Source: Octopus vulgaris
Lineage: Eukaryota
Reading direction: 5' to 3'
NCBI GenBank assembly: GCA_951406725.2
Contig: OX597843.1
Location: 17,236,001-17,300,000, forward strand
DNA length: 64,000 nucleotides
Shown piece by piece: positions 12,801 through 27,803 of this stretch. Numbering within the stretch: position 1 is the stretch's first letter; each line of letters opens with the position of its first letter. The position numbers and the translations under genes are program-made. Below the pieces are notes generated by a model that was not told where the DNA came from, made no database searches, and saw only the letters and a list, made by a program, of their open reading frames with translations.

Positions 12801-15800
12801 TTTGAGATAATCCATGATTAATTCAAAATGTGAATAAATAAGCGTTACACTTGACAGAACCTTTTAGCATTTGAACCAGCCAAATCAGGCCTGATCTGAC
12901 CTTTCACACCTACCTTACAATGTCATTCTAAAAATAAACAATCATCATCATCATCATTGTTGTCATTGTTTAACGTCCGCTTTCCATGCTATCATGGGTT
13001 GGATGGTTTGACTGAGGACTGGCAAGCCAGTAGGATGCACCAGGCTCCAATCTGATCCGGCAAGGTGTCTACAGCTGGATGCCCTTTCTAATGCCAACCA
13101 CTCCGAGGGTGTAGTGAGTGCTTTTTACGTGCCACCGGCATGGGAGCCAGCCAGGGGGCACTGGTCTCACCGCATCATCACAATCTTGAAATTACAAGAT
13201 AATGAGTGACTAATTCAACACGATGTGAATAAATAAGAATTCCATTTGACAGAGTAATCTGAACGTTAAAGGGGTCACCCATTAGCTTTTAAACCAGAGC
13301 CCAAATATTCTACCTGTTTTCTGTTCAAAATGGCCAGGTCCAGTCTTTTATACCTACCCTATAATGTCATTCTAAAAATAAGTAATCACATTATTTTGAT
13401 ATAATGCATGACTAATTCAAAACAACATGAATAGATAAGAATTCTATTTGACAGAGGAATTTGAATGCTAAAGGGTTAGTGACCCTAATGGAAACATATT
13501 AAGGATTTCTTTATCTCGTAACGCCAGAGAGCACCAGAGAAACAGAAACACACTCACACACATGTTGAGGTGTCAGCACAAGTATGACTGCGTGGTTATA
13601 GAGTTTGCCTTATAACCATGTGGCCTTGAGTTCTATTTCATTGAGGGGTAACTTGGGCAAAGGCCTTCTACGGTAGCTTGAGGTTGACCAATGCTTTGAG
13701 TGGAAATGGTAGGCCAAAATGGTGTAGCAACCCATCATGTATATACCACCATAGTCATCATCATTAAACATCCATATTCCATAAAACCAAAGCGCCACAA
13801 AAAAAGCACTGGTGCTGGTACTATGTAAAAAGCATTGGTGCCGGTACCATGTAAAAAGCACTGGTGCCAGTACCACGTAAAAAGCATTGGTGCTGGTACT
13901 ATGTAAAAAGCACTGGTGCCGGTGCCACATAAAAAGCATTGGTACTGGTACCACGTAAAAAAGCCTTGGTGCCGGTACCATGTAAAAAGCATTGGTGCTG
14001 GTGCCACATAAAAAGCACTGGTGCTGGTGCCACATAAAAAGCACCCAGTACAGTCTGTAAAGTGGTTGGCATAAAGAAGGGCATCCAGCCGTAGAAACCA
14101 TGCCACAGCAGACTGGAACCTGGTGTGACCCGCTGACCTTGCCAGCTCCTGTCAAGCCATCTAACCCATGCCAGCATGGAGAACAGACTGTAATCAATGA
14201 TGATAGTAATTCCATGCTGACATGCGTTGGATTGTTTGACAAGAATCCGACAGGTTCAAAGACTGTATCCAGCTCCAGCGTCTGCTTTGGCATGGTTTCC
14301 ATGACTGGATGTCCTTGCTATTACTAACCACTTTACAGAGTGTACTGGGTGCCTTTTTTTTTTATGGCACCAGCACTAGCGAGGTTAGCACGCAGCTTGC
14401 ACAACTAACGTTACAAACGCACGACCATATACAAAGATATTCAACCAGAAACAAACACATGGCCAAATGCAAATGCAATCACACAAACGTACACAAAGTT
14501 AGTTGCATACGCATACACAATCACATACAAGCACAACCACACATACAGCCATACATAAAGACATACAATCACACACCAAGACACAAACACAAACACACAC
14601 ACACACCAGGACACAAACACACACACACACCAGGACACAAACACACACACACCAGGACACAAACACACACACGCCAGGACACAAACACACACACACCAGG
14701 ACACAAACACACACACACCAGGAACAAACACACACACACCAGGACACAAACACACACACACCAGGACACAAACACACACACGCCAGGACACAAACACACA
14801 CAGACCAGGACACAAACACACACATGCCAGGACACAAACACACACACACCAGGACACAAACACACACACACGCAGGACACAAACACACACACACCAGGAC
14901 ACAAACACACACACACCAGGACACAAACACACACACACAAGGAACAAACACACACACACCAGGACACAAACACACACACACGCAGGACACAAACACACAC
15001 ACACACGCAGGACACAAACACACACACACACGCAGGACACAAACACACACACACCAGGACACAAACACACACACACGCAGGACACAAACACACAAACACA
15101 CACACACGCAGGACACAAACACACACACACCAGGACACAAACACACACACACCAGGACACAAACACACACACACGCAGGACACAAACACACACACACGCA
15201 GGACACAAACACACACATGCCAGGACACAAACACACACATGCCAGGACACAAACACACACATGCCAGGACACAAACACACACACACCAGGACACAAACAC
15301 ACACACACACACCAGGACACAAACACACACACACCAGGACACAAACACACACATGCCAGGACACAAACACACACACGCAGGACACAAACACACACATGCC
15401 AGGACACAAACACACACACGCAGGACACAAACACACACATGCCAGGACACAAACACACACATGCCAGGACACAAACACACACACACCAGGACACAAACAC
15501 ACACACACACACCAGGACACAAACACACACATGCCAGGACACAAACACACACACACCAGGACACAAACACACACACACACCAGGACACAAACACACACAT
15601 GCCAGGACACAAACACACACACACCAGGACACAAACACACACACACCAGGACACAAACACACACACACCAGGACACAAACACACACACACACCAGGACAC
15701 AAACACACACACACCAGGAACAAACACACACACACCAGGACACAAACACACACACACACAGGACACAAACACACACATGCCAGGACACAAACACACACAC

Positions 15801-18800
15801 ACCAGGACACAAACACACACACACCAGGACACAAACACACACACACACACACCAGGACACAAACACACACATGCCAGGACACAAACACACACACACCAGG
15901 ACACAAACACACACACACACCAGGACACAAACACACACACACAGGACACACACACACACACACACACCAGGACACAAACACACACACACCAGGACACAAA
16001 CACACACACACCAGGACACAAACACACACACACCAGGACACAAACACACACACACCAGGAACAAACACACACACACCAGGACACAAACACACACACACAC
16101 CAGGACACAAACACACACATGCCAGGACACAAACACACACACACCAGGACACAAACACACACACACCAGGACACAAACACACACACACCAGGACACAAAC
16201 ACACACACACACCAGGACACAAACACACACACACCAGGACACAAACACACACACACGCAGGACACAAACACACACACACCAGGACACAAACACACACACA
16301 CGCAGGACACAAACACACACACACGCAGGACACAAACACACACACGCCAGGACACAAACACACACACACCAGGACACAAACACACACACACCAGGACACA
16401 AACACACACACACACCAGGACACAAACACACACACACGCATGACACAAACACACACACACCAGGACACAAACACACACACACACCAGGACACAAACACAC
16501 ACACACCAGGACACAAACACACACACACCAGGACACAAACACACACACGCAGGACACAAACACACACACACCAGGACACAAACACACACACACCAGGACA
16601 CAAACACACACACAAACCAGGACACAAACACACACACACCAGGACACAAACACACACAAACCAGGAACAAACACACACACACCAGGACACAAACACACAC
16701 AAACCAGGAACAAACACACACACACCAGGACACAAACACACACACAAACCAGGACACAAACACACACACACCAGGACACAAACACACACACACCAGGACA
16801 CAAACACACACAAACCAGGACACAAACACACACAAACCAGGACACAAACACACACACACACCAGGACACAAACACACACACACCAGGAACAAACACACAC
16901 ACACCAGGACACAAACACACACACACCAGGACACAAACACACACACACGCAGGACACAAACACACACAAACCAGGACACAAACACACACACACCAGGACA
17001 CAAACACACACACACGCAGGACACAAACACACACAAACCAGGACACAAACACACACACACCAGGACACAAACACACACACACCAGGACACAAACACACAC
17101 AAACCAGGACACAAACACACACACACACCAAGACACAAACACACACACACCAGGAACAAACACACACACACCACACAAACACACACACACCAGGACACAA
17201 ACACACACACACGCAGGACACAAACACACACAAACCAGGACACAAACACACACACACCAGGACACAAACACACACACACCAGGAACAAACACACACACAC
17301 CAGGACACAAACACACACACACCAGGACACAAACACACACACACGCAGGACACAAACACACACAAACCAGGAACAAACACACACACACCAGGACACAAAC
17401 ACACACAAACCAGGAACAAACACACACACACCAGGACACAAACACACACACACACCAGGACACAAACACACACACACGCAGGACACAAACACACACACAC
17501 CAGGACACAAACACACACAAACCAGGACACAAACACACACACACACCAGGACACAAACACACACACACACCAGGACACAAACACACACACACGCAGGACA
17601 CAAACACACACACACCAGGACACAAACACACACAAACCAGGAACAAACACACACACACACCGGGACACAAACACACACACACCAGGACACAAACACACAC
17701 ACCAGGACACAAACACACACAAACCAGGAACAAACACACACACCAGGACACAAACACACACACACACCAGGACACAAACACACACACACGCAGGACACAA
17801 ACACACACACACCAGGACACAAACACACACACACCAGGACACAAACACACACACACACCAGGACACAAACACACACAAACCAGGAACAAACACACACACA
17901 CCAGGACACAAACACACACAAACCAGGAACAAACACACACACACACCAGGACACAAACACACACACACCAGGACACAAACACACACACACACCAGGACAC
18001 AAACACACACACACCAGGACACAAACACACACACACCAGGACACAAACACACACAAACCAGGAACAAACACACACACACCAGGACACAAACACACACACA
18101 CACCAGGACACAAACACACACACACGCAGGACACAAACACACACAAACCAGGAACAAACACACACACACCAGGACACAAACACACACACACACCAGGACA
18201 CAAACACACACACACGCAGGACACAAACACACACACACCAGGACACAAACACACACAAACCAGGACACAAACACACACACACACCAGGACACAAACACAC
18301 ACAAACCAGGAACAAACACACACACACCAGGACACAAACACACACACACCAGGACACAAACACACACACACGCAGGACACAAACACACACACACGCAGGA
18401 CACAAACACACACAAACCAGGAACAAACACACACACACCAGGACACAAACACACACACACACCAGGAACAAACACACACACACGCAGGACACAAACACAC
18501 ACACACACACCAGGACACAAACACACACACACCAGGACACAAACACACACACACCAGGACACAAACACACACACACACCAGGAACAAACACACACACACC
18601 AGGACACAAACACACACACACCAGGAACAAACACACACACACCAGGACACAAACACACACACACCAGGAACAAACACACACACACCAGGACACAAACACA
18701 CACACACCAGGACACAAACACACACACACCAGGAACAAACACACACACACCAGGACACAAACACACACACACCAGGACACAAACACACACACACGCAGGA

Positions 18801-21800
18801 CACAAACACACACAAACCAGGAACAAACACACACACACCAGGACACAAACACACACACACCAGGAACAAACACACACACACCAGGAACAAACACACACAC
18901 ACCAGGACACAAACACACACACACCAGGACACAAACACACACAAACCAGGAACAAACACACACACACCAGGACACAAACACACACACACCAGGACACAAA
19001 CACACACAAACCAGGAACAAACACACACACACCAGGAACAAACACACACACACCAGGACACAAACACACACACACCAGGACACAAACACACACAAACCAG
19101 GAACAAACACACACACACCAGGACACAAACACACACACACCAGGACACAAACACACACAAACCAGGAACAAACACACACACACCAGGAACAAACACACAC
19201 ACACCAGGACACAAACACACACACACCAGGACACAAACACACACACACCAGGACACAAACACACACACACGCAGGACACAAACACACACACACGCAGGAC
19301 ACAAACACACACACACGCAGGACACAAACACACACACACGCAGGACACAAACACACACACACCAGGACACAAACACACACACACCAGGACACAAACACAC
19401 ACACACACACGCAGGACACAAACACACACACACGCAGGACACAAACACACACACACGCAGGACACAAACACACACACACCAGGACACAAACACACACACA
19501 CCAGGACACAAACACACACACACACCAGGACACAAACACACGCAGGACACAAACACACACACACACCAGGACACAAACACACACACACACCAGGACACAA
19601 ACACACACACACCAGGAACAAACACACACACACCGGGACACAAACACACACACACCAGGACACAAACACACACACACCAGGACACAAACACACACACACG
19701 CAGGACACAAACACACACACACCAGGACACAAACACACACACACCAGGACACAAACACACACACACACACGCAGGACACAAACACACACACACGCAGGAC
19801 ACAAACACACACACACGCAGGACACAAACACACACACACCAGGACACAAACACACACACACCAGGACACAAACACACACACACACACGCAGGACACAAAC
19901 ACACACATGCCAGGACACAAACACACACACACCAGGACACAAACACACACACACACACGCAGGACACAAACACACACACACGCAGGACACAAACACACAC
20001 ACACGCAGGACACAAACACACACACACCAGGACACAAACACACACACACCAGGACACAAACACACACACACGCAGGACACAAACACACACATGCCAGGAC
20101 ACAAACACACACAAACCAGGAACAAACACACACACACACCAGGACACAAACACACACACACACACCAGGACACAAACACACACACACGCAGGACACAAAC
20201 ACACACACACACACCAGGACACAAACACACACACACCAGGACACAAACACACACACACCAGGACACAAACACACACACACCAGGACACAAACACACACAT
20301 GCCAGGACACAAACACACACACACACCAGGACACAAACACACACACACACCAGGACACAAACACACACACACACACCAGGACACAAACACACACACACGC
20401 AGGACACAAACACACACACACACACCAGGACACAAACACACACACACCAGGACACAAACACACACACACCAGGACACAAACACACACACACCAGGACACA
20501 AACACACACACACGCAGGACACAAACACACACATGCCAGGACACAAACACACACACACACCAGGACACAAACACACACACACACCAGGACACAAACACAC
20601 ACACACACACCAGGACACAAACACACACACACGCAGGACACAAACACACACACACACACCAGGACACAAACACACACACACGCAGGACACAAACACACAC
20701 ACACACACCAGGACACAAACACACACACACACCAGGACACAAACACACACACACACACCAGGACACAAACACACACACACGCAGGACACAAACACACACA
20801 TGCCAGGACACAAACACACACACACAGGACACAAACACACACACACCAGGACACAAACACACACACACCAGGACACAAACACACACACACCAGGACACAA
20901 ACACACACATGCCAGGACACAAACACACACACACACACCAGGACACAAACACACACACACCAGGACACAAACACACACACACCAGGACACAAACACACAC
21001 ACATGCCAGGACACAAACACACACACCAGGACACAAACACACACACACCAGGACACAAACACACACACACACCAGGACACAAACACACACACACCAGGAC
21101 ACAAACACACACATGCCAGGACACAAACACACACACACACACCAGGACACAAACACACACACACGCAGGACACAAACACACACACACACCAGGACACAAA
21201 CACACACACACACCAGGACACAAACACACACACATGCCAGGACACAAACACACACACAGAAGGACACAAACACACACACACACACCAGGACACAAACACA
21301 CACACACCAGGACACAAACACACACACACCAGGACACAAACACACACACACACCAGGACACAAACACACACACACACCAGGACACAAACACACACACACA
21401 CCTGGACACAAACACACACACACCAGGACACAAACACACACACACCAGGACACAAACACAAACACACGCAGGACACAAACACACACACATGCCAGGACAC
21501 ACACACACACACCAGGACACAAACACACACACACCAGGACACAAACACACACACACACACCAGGACACAAACACACACACACGCAGGACACAAACACACA
21601 CACACACCAGGACACAAACACACACACACGCAGGACACAAACACACATACACACACCAGGACACAAACACACACACACGCAGGACACAAACACACACACA
21701 CCAGGAACAAACACACACACACGCAGGACACAAACACACACACACGCAGGACACAAACACACACCAGGACACAAACACACACACACCAGGAACAAACACA

Positions 21801-24800
21801 CACACACCAGGACACAAACACACACACACCAGGACACACACACACACACCAGGACACAAACACACACACACACAGGACAGGACACAAACACACACACACC
21901 AGGACACAAACACACACACACCAGGACACAAACATACAACCACATACCAGAATATAACCACACACACATGCACACAAACGCACACACACAGCCACAAACC
22001 TACACACCCATACAGACTCACACAACCACATGGAGACAGATACACAAATACGCAACCACACCCAATCACAGCCACACCTAAACAGTCACGCGCACACACA
22101 TGCAACCCTACATAAACACATAACCACACATAAACACAGTCACATACACAACGACACAGCCGCAAACACACAACCCTACATAAACACATACAAACACATA
22201 ACCACATGTAAACGCAGTCACACACATACACAAACACACCTGTACACACACACACACATACACACACATACAGCCACAAACAGACAGACAGTCACAAACC
22301 AACACACAAACACACCTGTACACACACACACACATACACACACATACAGCCACAAACAGACAGGCAGTCACAAACCAACACACAAACACACCTGTACACA
22401 CACACACATACACACACATACAGCCACAAACAGACAGGCAGTCACAAACCAACACAGAAACACACCTGTACACACACACACATACACACACATACAGCCA
22501 CAAACAGACAGACAGTCACAAACCAACACACAAACACACCTGTACACACACACACATACACACACATACAGCCACAAACAGACAGGCAGTCACAAACCAA
22601 CACACAAACACACCTGTACACACACACACATACACACACATACAGCCACAAACAGACAGGCAGTCACAAACCAACACACAAACACACCTGTACACACACA
22701 CACATACACACACATACAGCCACAAACAGACAGGCAGTCACAAACCAACACACAAACACACCTGTACACACACACACATACACACACATACAGCCACAAA
22801 CAGACAGGCAGTCACAAACCAACACACAAACACACCTGTACACACACACACATACACACACATACAGCCACAAACAGACAGGCAGTCACAAACCAACACA
22901 CAAACACACCTGTACACACACACACATACACACACATACAGCCACAAACAGACAGGCAGTCACAAACCAACACACAAACACACCTGTACACACACACACA
23001 TACACACACATACAGCCACAAACAGACAGGCAGTCACAAACCAACACACAAACACACCTGTACACACACATACATATACACACATACAGCCACAAACAGA
23101 CAGACAGTCACAAACCAACACACAAACACACCTGTACACACACATACAGCCACAAACAGACAGACAGTCACAAACCAACACACAAACACACCTGTACACA
23201 CACATACATATACACACATACAGCCACAAACAGACAGACAGTCACAAACCAACACACAAACACACCTGTACACACACACACACATACACACACATACAGC
23301 CACAAACAGACAGACAGTCACAAACCAACACACAAACACACCTGTACACACACACACACATACACACACATACAGCCACAAACAGACAGGCAGTCACAAA
23401 CCAACACACAAACACACCTGTACACACACATACATATACACACATACAGCCACAAACAGACAGACAGTCACAAACCAACACACAAACACACCTGTACACA
23501 CACACACACATACACACACATACAGCCACAAACAGACAGACAGTCACAAACCAACACACAAACACACCTGTACACACACACACATACACACACATACAGC
23601 CACAAACAGACAGACAGTCACAAACCAACACACAAACACACCTGTACACACACACACATACACACACATACAGCCACAAACAGACAGACAGTCACAAACC
23701 AACACACAAACACACCTGTACACACACACACACATACACACACATACAGCCACAAACAGACAGACAGTCACAAACCAACACACAAACACACCTGTACACA
23801 CACATACATATACACACATACAGCCACAAACAGACAGACAGTCACAAACCAACACACAAACACACCTGTACACACACATACATATACACACATACAGCCA
23901 CAAACAGACAGACAGTCACAAACCAACACACAAACACACCTGTACACACACACACATACACACACACATACAGCCACAAACAGACAGGCAGTCACAAACC
24001 AACACACAAACACACCTGTACACACACATACATATACACACATACAGCCACAAACAAACAGACAGTCACAAACCAACACACAAACACACCTGTACACACA
24101 CATACATATACACACACACACAGCCACAAACAAACAGACAGTCACAAACCAACACACAAACACACCTGTACACACACACACACATACACACACATACAGC
24201 CACAAACAGACAGACAGTCACAAACCAACACAAACACACCTGTACACACACATACATATACACACATACAGCCACAAACAGACAGACAGTCACAAACCAA
24301 CACACAAACACACCTGTACACACACATACATATACACACATACAGCCACAAACAGACAGACAGTCACAAACCAACACACAAACACACCTGTACACACACA
24401 CACACATACACACACATACAGCCACAAACAGACAGACAGTCACAAACCAACACACAAACACACCTGTACACACACATACATATACACACACACACAGCCA
24501 CAAACAAACAGACAGACCAACACACACAGAAGCAAACACAGAATTAAAAATGGAGAAAGCATTCGAAGAAGTTGATGGAGATGTCTACTCACCTGGTCGA
24601 TAAAAGAGAATCTAGCCTTTAGGTAGAGGTTGACCCCTACCTTGGCAGGGTACAGCATATCGGGGTTCTGCAGGGCACACATCTCTGCAGCAGACTGTAA
24701 TGAACAAAAGAGAAGCGGGCAAGGTCACGAAAAATATATTAATGGCTATGTGAAAGGTTGGAAGCTGGCAGAATCATTAGCTTGCTGGACAAAATGCCTA

Positions 24801-27754
24801 GCAGTATTTTGTCCGTCCTGGCACTCACCACCATCATCATCATCATCATCATCATCATCGTCATCATCATCTAACGTCCGTTGTCCATGCTGGCATGGAA
24901 TGGATGGTTTGACCAGGGCTGGTAAGCTGTAAGGCTGCACCAGATTCCAGTCTGATTTGGCATGGTTTCTAAAGCTGGATGCCCTTCCTAATGCCAACCC
25001 CTCTGAGTGGGTGCTTTTACATGCCACTGGCACATGAGCCAGTTGTGTGACACCGGTATCTGCCACAACAAAGACGGCGAGCTGGCAGAAATGTTAGCAC
25101 GCCGGGCGAAATGCGTAGCCATATTTCGTCTGCCGTTACGTTCTGAGTTCAAATTCCGCCGAGGTCGACTTTGCCTTTCATCCTTTCGGGGTCGATTAAA
25201 TAAGTACCAGTTTCGCACTGGGGTCGATGTAATCGACTTAATACCTATGTCTGTCCTTGTTTGTACCCTCTATGTTTAGCCCCTAGTGGGCAATAAAGAA
25301 ATAGGTATCTGCCACAACTACGATTTCACTTGACTTGATGGGTCTTCTTCTCAAGCACAGCATACAGCCAAAGGTTTCGGTCACTTGTCATTGCCTCCAT
25401 GAGACCTAACGCTCAAAAGGTGCTTTTTCCAGGACACTGGCATCGGCCACAAGGTCGACGTTGCTTTTTGTCCTTTCAGGATCAATAAAATAAGTATCAG
25501 TCAAAAACTGGGGTCAATGTAATCAGGCCATGTCGAGGCAGTGTAGCAGAGTAGGCTCATCAAAACAGTATGATCTTGAGCTCAAAATGATCTCAAGCTC
25601 CCAGCTTCCACATCAGACTGTGGTTGGATGGAGAGAACATGCTGAGGGCCTCATCCTCTGATGGACTCAACATGGGCAATCCAATCCAATCCAATCCAAT
25701 ATGAAAGGGAAATAGGGAAAAACAGGGAAACAAAAACAAGGATGTAGATGTGACACAAGGGGTGATATGCTGATATCATACTCTTTGTTTCAGTCACTGG
25801 ACTGTGGCCATGCTGGTGCACCACCTTGAAAGGTTTAGTCGAAGAAACTGACTTTTAGTACCTATTTTTTTAAAGTCTGGTACTTATTCTAATTTCTTTA
25901 TTGCCCACAAAGGGCTAAACACAGAGGGGACAAACAAGGACAGACAAAGGGATTAAGTCGATTTCATCGGCCCCCAGTGCATAACTGGTACTTAATTTAT
26001 CGCCCCCGAAAGGATGAAAGGCAAAGTTGACCTCGGCAGAATTTGAACTCAGAACATAATGGCAGACGAAATACCGCTAAGCACTTCGCCCAGCATGCTA
26101 ACACCTCTGCCAGCTTGCCGCCTTATTCTATCACTCACTTTTACAGAACTGCTAGATTATGGGGATGTAAACAAACCAACAGCAGTTGTTGAGGTGGGAG
26201 AGGAGACAGATACAAACAGAAAGTCAGACACACATACATACATATGTGAAGGGCATTATGAATGTGAGTATATGTATATATCATCATCATCATCATCAAC
26301 ATCATTTAGCGTCTGCTTTCCATGCTAGCATAGGTTGGACGGTTCAACTGGGGTCTGGGAAGCCAGAAGGCTGCACCAGTCCCAGTCTGATCTGGCAGTG
26401 TTTCTACGGCTGGATGCCCTTCCTAACGCCAACCACTCCGTGAGTGTAGTGGGTGCTTTTTACGTGCCACCCGCACAGGTGCCAGACGGGGCTGGCAAAC
26501 GGCCACGGACGGATGGTGCTTTTTACGTGCCACCAGCACGGGGGCCAGGCGAGGCTGGCAAACGGCCACGGACGGATGGTGCTTTTTACGTGCCACCAGC
26601 ACGGGGGCCAGGTGAGGCTGGCAATGGCCACGAATGGATGGTGCTTTTTATGAGCCACCGGCACGGAGGCCAGTCAGGGCGGCACTGGCAATGGCCACGA
26701 TCAGAAGGTTCTCTTATGTGCCACCGGCACTGGTATCACAGCTGCAATTTCCATTGATGTTGATCGACTTCGATTTTGGTTCTGCTTTCTGATATATATA
26801 TATATATATATATATTCCGGCCTTTAGGCTTTTCCTTCATACACATCAGCTCAATTTGATTTGTTCTCAGTACAGATACCTCTTGTTTGTATTCCTAATT
26901 GTGTATTCTCTGTTTCTTTTGTTTCTTTGTTTTTTTGTCTTTGTTGCCATACACATTTGCTAGCTTTCTTACAAAGGGGTCTAATGCTCTTAGCTTAAAT
27001 TTTTGCGGGGGCAACCAGATCAAACCATGTTAAATGCAACTGCCCGAAATGGTCATGACTTCTGGTACTTGGCTGATGAAAAAAAAAGCCAAGAATGTCC
27101 CATCACTTTTTGCCTGTCCTTCTAATTGTTGTATCTCTTGTCTGCCTTTGTATCGTCTATCTGTCTGAAAACTTTAATCCCCTGTATTGTAGTTTTGTTC
27201 CATTTTTATATTTACACACACACACACATATATCTGTAAAATAATATGTGACAATTATTCGGTAGCCAAGATAAAACTCTGAGTTTTGGATGCCGAGGTG
27301 GAAATCCACAACACTATCTCTTCGGTTATCTGGCCGTCTGAAAAACTCAGAGTTTATCTTGGCTACCGAATAATTGTCACATATTATTTTACAGATAAAT
27401 TTCCTCTATTTACATAACATTGAGGTCTCTTTCTTTCTTTTGTTATCTTACCGTTTTTACCTATATATCTATATATATATATATCACCCTAGGATTTTTA
27501 GAAAACTCATATGTGTTTTGGCTGATGAATACGAGACACTTGTATTTGCTGCAATATTTGCAGCTTTTAATAAAGCTGTTCTTCGTATGAAACAATTGTA
27601 CTGAACAACTAATCCATTCTTGTTGCTTTTTTCTTCTTTATAATCACCCCACATTATTTTATCGCTAATACCATAAAGAATTCTGGTGCATCTAAGTTAA
27701 GTACCACATTGATGTGAATTCATTGGAACACACTTGAATCTTCATTGTTTTTAC

Positions 27755-27803
<49 letters not shown>

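Noticed and set aside
14309-24603. Giant ORFs (2284-2612 aa His/Thr- or Cys/Val-rich, and 857 aa)
   Set aside because: Open in nearly all frames because the CA satellite lacks stop codons; intronic; no domain signal.
26335-26757. Repeated '[13 protein letters not shown]' ORF family (also 29573, 51125, 53075, 58970)
   Set aside because: Antisense translation of the RTE 3'UTR, not a protein family.
26960-27060. Possible further HHR (…GGGGT…GCCCGAAATGGTC)
   Set aside because: No CUGANGA-type core is recognisable; too degenerate.
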